A stretch of 63,417 nt of DNA, filler included, from Saprolegnia diclina VS20 (Eukaryota): the NCBI RefSeq assembly GCF_000281045.1. It is 7 parts of 4 records of this genome, joined end to end, with 100 filler letters (N's around TTAATTAATTAA, not from the genome) between each part and the next. Parts side by side here need not be neighbours in the genome. Positions count along the whole stretch, not along the records: positions 56,210 to 58,313 come from NW_008246076.1; positions 58,414 to 60,511 come from NW_008246076.1; positions 60,612 to 62,263 come from NW_008246076.1; positions 62,364 to 63,417 come from NW_008246076.1; 3 more parts are not named here. One strand, given 5' to 3'. The notes beneath the pieces were generated by a model that was given only the letters and a program-made list of their open reading frames with translations, ran no database searches and was not told the origin of the DNA. Shown here one piece after another: positions 57,323 to 63,417 of the stretch; the stretch's first letter is position 1, and every line of letters begins with the position of its first letter. The position numbers were made by a program, and so were the translations under genes.

Positions 57323-59539
57323 CGCGGTTACGGTATGTACTCGTCATCGTGTTGGGTGCCGGTTCGATACAGTATGTATGACCTCTAGCGCAAAAGCGCC
57401 CACCTCTTTTGCAAAATATGATCATCTTCTTGTAATGCGCTGCTTGAATGTCCAGCGCTGTGGCGCGCGCTGGAACCGACACGCGATCGCTTTGAGCTTC
57501 GACGCTACCGGCTTCCGCTTCGCCGGTGTCGCGGCGTGGTCCTCGAGCATTGCGGCACTCCGTTGTAAGCGTCAGGCGCTCTAAGTGGCTTGAACACAAC
57601 GGTCGTACTCTCTCCACGACGCTGACTCACCCAGACCCGCCTCGTTCACGGGCAAGATCCTACACAAAGGTGTTTGCACCTCTGCCATGGGGTTCGATGC
57701 AACGAGATGCCATCGCTTGCCGCACCGCTCGGTACTCGACGTGACAATCACGGGTGTCGCGGACACGTAACCGCCAGCCCGCTTCCGCAACAAGGCGCTA
57801 GCTTCGTACGTGAGTATGTAGAAACGCTTGGCTTTATGTCGCTTTCCGGGGCAATCAACGAGTCGCTGAACCGCCAACCAGTAGAAGCGGTGGAGTAGGT
57901 TGGAGACGAGAGAGCTACGTGCGAAATAACTGGGACCTAGTGTCGACTTTTTCATCGCTCTGGACTGCAAAGCTCAACTTTCTGGCCACGCCTCAACGTA
58001 CCATAGTTTGTAAGTGCAATGGTGGTGAAGTGTTGTCTGCCTCTGGCACGCACTCGACGACGCACTAGCAGCAGTTGGCTTCTTCTACCTCTGCACAGCG
58101 CCCGCCACAACCTTGCTTGAAAGTCGCCAACTCACAAGGAGTCGTCCTCCCCTTCTCAACCGGACATAAAGAAATCACGCGTGCATTCATCATGTTTAAA
58201 CAACATCCTCACATTGCTTCGAGCCAGGCGAGGTCAATCGTGTCAACCCACTGGGGTGTACACACCAAGACAAGCGCGTCCAAATTCTCGAGATTGAGTT
58301 CTCTAGCATACGANNNNNNNNNNNNNNNNNNNNNNNNNNNNNNNNNNNNNNNNNNNNTTAATTAATTAANNNNNNNNNNNNNNNNNNNNNNNNNNNNNNN
58401 NNNNNNNNNNNNNCATCGAGCAAAGTGATTGCGGTACCCCAGTATGCCAACTAGCTCGCGCTGTACTAGTAGGTTGCAACATAGATGTTCAAGATCGCGC
58501 TGTGTGGTTGGACCGCTTGTCTCGTCGGGGCACGATCGACGCACCGGTTTTGCACGACGTAGGCGATGGCAACTCGATCGCTGGATTGTCCCGTAAAAGG
58601 CGGCGCGGTGGTAACGTCCCTACAGTAAACCGCACGGAAGGACCCGTCGTTGGACCAACGACCATTTTGAGATCACTTGTTCCTTCCGAGGATGCTGTGT
58701 CGTTGCCTTGCAATAGGACCAAACACTCGCGCATTCGCGTCAACATACTACTGACAAAATCGTCCGTGTTTGCGCGCCGGACCAACGTACAGCGTATCGA
58801 CGACAAACTTGGAGGTGGTTTGAATCCCGCGACGAACAACACGACGGTCGTTCGTTCAGCAAACACCGCGAGCTCGCGACCGAGATGTCGTTAGTGAGCA
58901 TCGTTGCAGCATCTTGAGTACACTTTTTGGGGACATGTCGAAGGCATCGCGTACATGCTGGGTAGTATTTCCTCGCTGACGCTGCCGTGTCGCCGACCAG
59001 ATACTAGTACACTCCAAGCGTCGAAAGAAGGCGATCATGTCGTGTGGCTGGCTCCAACTAGTGCTCCCAACCGGTACTGGTTCACTGCAATGACTTGCCC
59101 CTGGCGAGGGTGAGAAGCGACTGGGCTTATCAGCACGGGGTCATTTGCACTTAACACCTTTTCGCTGGTCAACGCCAAAAAATAGAGTACATGCAGTCCT
59201 GCTACGTCGTACATCTTTGCACGTGCTATGAAGCGCGGACCTTCCCAGCAACCAGCCTTTCGTACTGGCTGGTCGAGGTAGACAGTGAGGCAAATGATAT
59301 GGTCCGCTTGATTTTCGTACCATAAAAGTGCACACCATTCGTCGAAATGTAGCCAATCAGTGTACCGGATTACGAAAAGATGCACGAAATTCGTATCCTG
59401 GAGGCACTGACACGGTTTTGTCGGCCCTTGCTATCACAATGAATGAGAAAAATGGGATGTGACTTGTTTACAGTGGATGAAGTGCCATCGAGACGATCTC
59501 GGCCGAGCTGCGGCTGTCCAATACGCCGATGTCCACGAT

Positions 59540-60511
59540 ATAGCGTGGCATCATCGCCCTCTTGGACTTTGAAAAGGCGTTCGATCGCGTCTGCCACACG
59601 TACCTCGCCCAACTGCTGCCTCGGCACGGCTTTCCGCCGGCCTTTGTCGACACCGTCCGCTGCCTGTACTCCGGACGCCAGTCGCGGCTCTTGGTCAACG
59701 GCCGACTCTCGCGGGCCTTCGACATTGGGCGCGGGGTTCTCCAGGGAGACCCGTTGTCACCGCTGCTTTTCGTTCTCGCCATGGAACCTCTTTGCAACCT
59801 GCTGCGCAGCAGGCCGGACCTCGGAGTCCACATCGGCGGCGTCGCGCACGTTGCCAGCTGCTTTGCTGACGATACGCAGCTGATTGCGCGGGATGAAGAT
59901 GCACTCCACGCCCAACTCGCCTTGGTGGAACAGTTTTGTGCCGTCTCAGGCTTTCGCTTGAATCGCCACAAGACCGAGCTTCTGACATACGCTCCGGTCT
60001 CGGACGCGCTCGCGCCGCTCGTGGTCAAGCAGGAGACTCCAACAAAGGCCCTCGGTATTTTGGTTGCGCCGGGGCTCGGTCCCAACGCTCGCTTCGACTA
60101 CGCCCTCGCCAAGTTTGCAGACCGGCTCCGGCTCTGGTCGTACAAGTCGAACACACTCGTCGGGAAAGTCGTCATTCTACGCACGCTCTGTCTGCCACTG
60201 CTCTGGTACCAGCTCGCATGGGTGCAGCCGACAGCAAAGGCCGCGGCGATCATCGACCGCATGATGCTCCAATTCCTGCGCAACGAGCCGATCGCACGCC
60301 GCAATGAACGCCGCGTCCGCCACTTCCGGGAAGACCTCGCTTTCTCCCCTCGTCGACTCGGCGGCATGGGGCTGGCGCATGCATTGGCCTTGTGGACCGC
60401 GCGCCACCGCACAGGTATGTTGCGCACCGCTCAAGCGATTCAACTGCCCCCCGAATCACGCCCGGCCTGGATCTCGCCCGGATGGACTCTTGTCTCGCTC
60501 CAGTACGCGCC
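59540..60511 (+). mobile_element. Non-LTR retrotransposon reverse transcriptase fragment (L1/Tx1-like)
   Basis: IALLDFEKAFDRVCH, GVLQGDPLSPLLFVLAMEPL, FADD, SGFRLN.HKT, LGI and GGMGL motifs. 5'-truncated; ends at a gap. Confidence 0.92.
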
Positions 60512-63417
60512 NNNNNNNNNNNNNNNNNNNNNNNNNNNNNNNNNNNNNNNNNNNNTTAATTAATTAANNNNNNNNNNNNNNNNNNNNNNNNNNNNNNNNN
60601 NNNNNNNNNNNTGCAGCGCTGGGTCGACTGGAAGGAAGAAGCGCTCGAGGTGGTATCGCTTTAAAAAGATGTTGGTCGTTGTGAGCGCAAAGCACGCAAA
60701 CCACACGGCAAAGTGCCAGTTGGTCGGGATTGTTAAATTTACTGGCGCGCCGCATAGAAAAAGAGAGGGAGAAAATCATGGATCCTATTTTATCATCTTT
60801 TTTTGCGCGTTGAGCAGCCTTGGGCATTTCCTGGATTACGTAATCTCGCTTGGTTGATTACGTCATACTAGCGAGGTCAGTAAAACGCCAGCCAATCAGA
60901 ACGGGGCATGAAACGCCAGTACTGCGCTGCATGGCCAGCTCTGATTGGACAAAATGATGGATTTCCCAGGGGCTAGATCAACGGCCATACAAAATTCAAG
61001 TTAATCATCCATGCAACATCATTGGACAAAATGGAGCGGTTTTCCATGGCCGTGAACGCCGCAATCATCATGCGGTCCACGGCGACCGCACGTGGCGTGA
61101 CGTGGTTCACGACCGGCCGTGGGAGTCGCCTCAGCGACGCATGAAGCTGAGACGCGCGCCTCTGCTACCAAGCGCTACAGCCTGCGCCCCTCAACACAGC
61201 TGCTCCTGCTCAGCCCCGTGCGCTCGTCGCCTCCCGCTCTACCCTCGCTCACGGCGACTCCCGAGAAGACGCCAAGCCGCGCGTGAGCGCCAACCACCGA
61301 GGCGGCGAGCCGATCGCACAAGGTACGTAGAGCGACACCCATCGCGCTGCCCGTGCTTGCTTGCTCACATCAGTGTTGCTCTGGTAGCGCATTGTCCACC
61401 TGCGCAAGGGTCCTTCGCGGCAACCGGGCTCTTCAAGATTGACCACCGTTGGCCCACGGCAGATAGCTGGGTAGCTGAGTCGTTGACCCGCGTCGCGGAC
61501 GCCCTGCGTTGGAAACGATGCCGGTAGCAAACGCGTGGTCAGCGAAGGCGCGCCGAGGTCGAGCGACAAAGCGACAACGAGACGCGATTGAAGCCGCTGG
61601 GTAGTATTGCATGTATGTAAGTTAATGAGATTGCTACATTCGTGAAGGACAAGACTGACACGAGTGCGCTCGAGAAGGCGCTGTCTAAAGGCGACATACC
61701 GGAGTCAACGGAGGCACAAGGCGCACCTCGACAGCATGCCGGCGGTGCCCGTGTTGCTTAGGGCTCGCAGCGCAGTGCAGCTTTGGCGCGGAATCAGTGC
61801 GCTGGCGCATTTTGATGCTATACGAGCAAGCGTCGTAGGCGCCCATTCAGGCGATGGTGGTAGCTTGGTGGTGGCGACCAGGTAGCGCGCCGCCAGCAGC
61901 GGCACGTGGGGTGGTCTGTGCTGACCAGAGCGACACATGTTGGCTATGCAAGCGCGCACCAGCGGACTATGCTAGGGAGATGACGATTTGTAGCCTCCAA
62001 GCCGGAAGAAGCGATGCCAGCGGCGCCGGCATGGGTGGCCAGTGCAGCGCCATCCGCGCGGACCGCCCGCGCGGCCTGGAGCGCCCGACGCAATAGAATG
62101 CAGTGCAGTACCCTTTGCCATCCTATAGCCAAGGTCCGTATTTGATTTCACAGGATATAAAGTCTCAATAGAGCATCCGCCAGTAAACGTTAAGGGCCCA
62201 ATCAAACGGCACTTCGCCAACCACACCTACAAAATCGTCCAACATAGTATAGACAATCGTGTANNNNNNNNNNNNNNNNNNNNNNNNNNNNNNNNNNNNN
62301 NNNNNNNTTAATTAATTAANNNNNNNNNNNNNNNNNNNNNNNNNNNNNNNNNNNNNNNNNNNNGCATTGAGTTCGTAACACGTTAATCCATCATGCTGGT
62401 TGACACAAAGTGTATATTCTACAAAGCGACTGAGCAGCCACAAGTTGTGGACAATCAACTCGAATCTGATGACCAAGAAGGTGACCTCATTGCCAAGAGA
62501 ATAGCTAGCCCCGGAACCTTGCGCCTGTTGTACAGTGTATCGCGACCTAAACTCGTGGTCCACGGGGTGCTAAGCTTACATCTGCCTACGAATATTGCGC
62601 GGAAGCGAAACCTCGTTTGGCCCAAGACAGATCGCTGGTCAAGACGGCCGTTTTATTCCACTTGCTCTCCGTAGCCGTTGCTAGCTTGGGAATGTACCTC
62701 GCCGGCCCTCCCACCCGACGACATGGGCACTCAAAAATTATCCGAAAAGGGCTCAGAACTTATTTCATCACCCATGGATTGCTGGATCTCGCTTGAAGCC
62801 GGCGCGGGGGTTCACGAAGCTGCTACTAGCCGCGCCCTGCGGCGTCGCGCGTTCACGATGGGTTGTTGCCGGTATTTTGCAGCCATAGCATCCACAGACA
62901 CGTACGGAAACCACCGAGCACATCCTTTTTGGTTGATACCGACTACGCAAACCAGTTGAAGCACCGTCCCACTGCCGCGTATTTACAGCAACGAGTGATC
63001 GACTTTTCAAGCGTTATAGTTGGTCGTCGTTCTCTGCACCGTGCTCCGGCTCAAGGTCCATACCTCGTGCGTTCAAACGCCTCTTCAAGACAACATCTTC
63101 TCTTGCACCGGGCTTTCACTAAGCTTACGCTGCCAGTGGTTTGGTGCTAGAGATCAAACGACATAAGAAGCCGTCATCGATGAGGACGCCCGACTCGATT
63201 CCAGCAAAGATATCAGTCCCACCTACTAGTGGAAAGTTCTTAACGGTCGAGAAGCCATATCAACATATCCACCCAGCAACTCTGTCGCTGCCTTGGAGCC
63301 AACGACTCTCTTGCGATCTTTGGACGGTGTCGCTAGGTCGGTCGTTGCGATGCCAGCCAATCCACGCGCAGTCGTTTCCCTTGCCCGCCCTGTGATTGGC
63401 CCAACCCAACGATGCGC

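Noticed and set aside
27204..62319. Recurrent palindromic TTAATTAATTAA (six copies)
   Set aside because: Always centred in fixed-length N runs; an artificial six-frame-stop linker between contigs, not biology. Adjacency across these linkers should not be trusted.
60612..63417. ORFs and CCAAT/ATTGGACAAAAT motifs in the last contigs
   Set aside because: Probably repeat or TE debris, but there are no diagnostic protein motifs or termini I can support.
1..63417. CRISPR array, rRNA, or prokaryote-style operon/defence system
   Set aside because: No regularly spaced repeat-spacer array or rRNA signature; the DNA is spliceosomal-intron-containing eukaryotic sequence.

Overview
Eukaryotic, GC-rich, gene-dense DNA with very short GT-AG introns (mostly ~35-55 nt) and oomycete-type Inr/FPR core promoters. 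It is most consistent with a Saprolegniales oomycete (Saprolegnia/Achlya-like; this is inference). Positions ~3-52.7 kb carry about 22 protein-coding genes, many intron-split and therefore fragmented in the ORF track: a tandem pair of small Cys-containing paralogues, a WW/coiled-coil/ARM gene, PP4R3/SMEK-like, NO66/MINA53-like oxygenase, a PHD protein, RSPH14-like, PP2C, ribose-5-phosphate isomerase, two PX proteins, a U-box protein, a polyamine transporter, an S33-type hydrolase, a stanniocalcin-like secreted protein, an Asn/Ala-rich secreted protein, a B-box/PDZ/P-loop protein, a type II PI4K, a TMEM185-like protein and a DUF2807 protein. From ~52.9 kb on, short contigs are joined by artificial N-TTAATTAATTAA-N linkers and hold transposon and pseudogene debris. 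The most notable observations are: (1) a 451-nt intron in a PX gene that folds almost end to end into a nested hairpin whose helix imperfections are G-U pairs on the transcribed strand; (2) evidence that a 988-N gap hides an inverted duplicate of the Asn/Ala-rich secreted gene; (3) a TA-flanked MITE; (4) an internally deleted Harbinger-like element; (5) several unusual domain architectures and candidate horizontally acquired genes. All family assignments come from motif recognition by eye; no searches were run.
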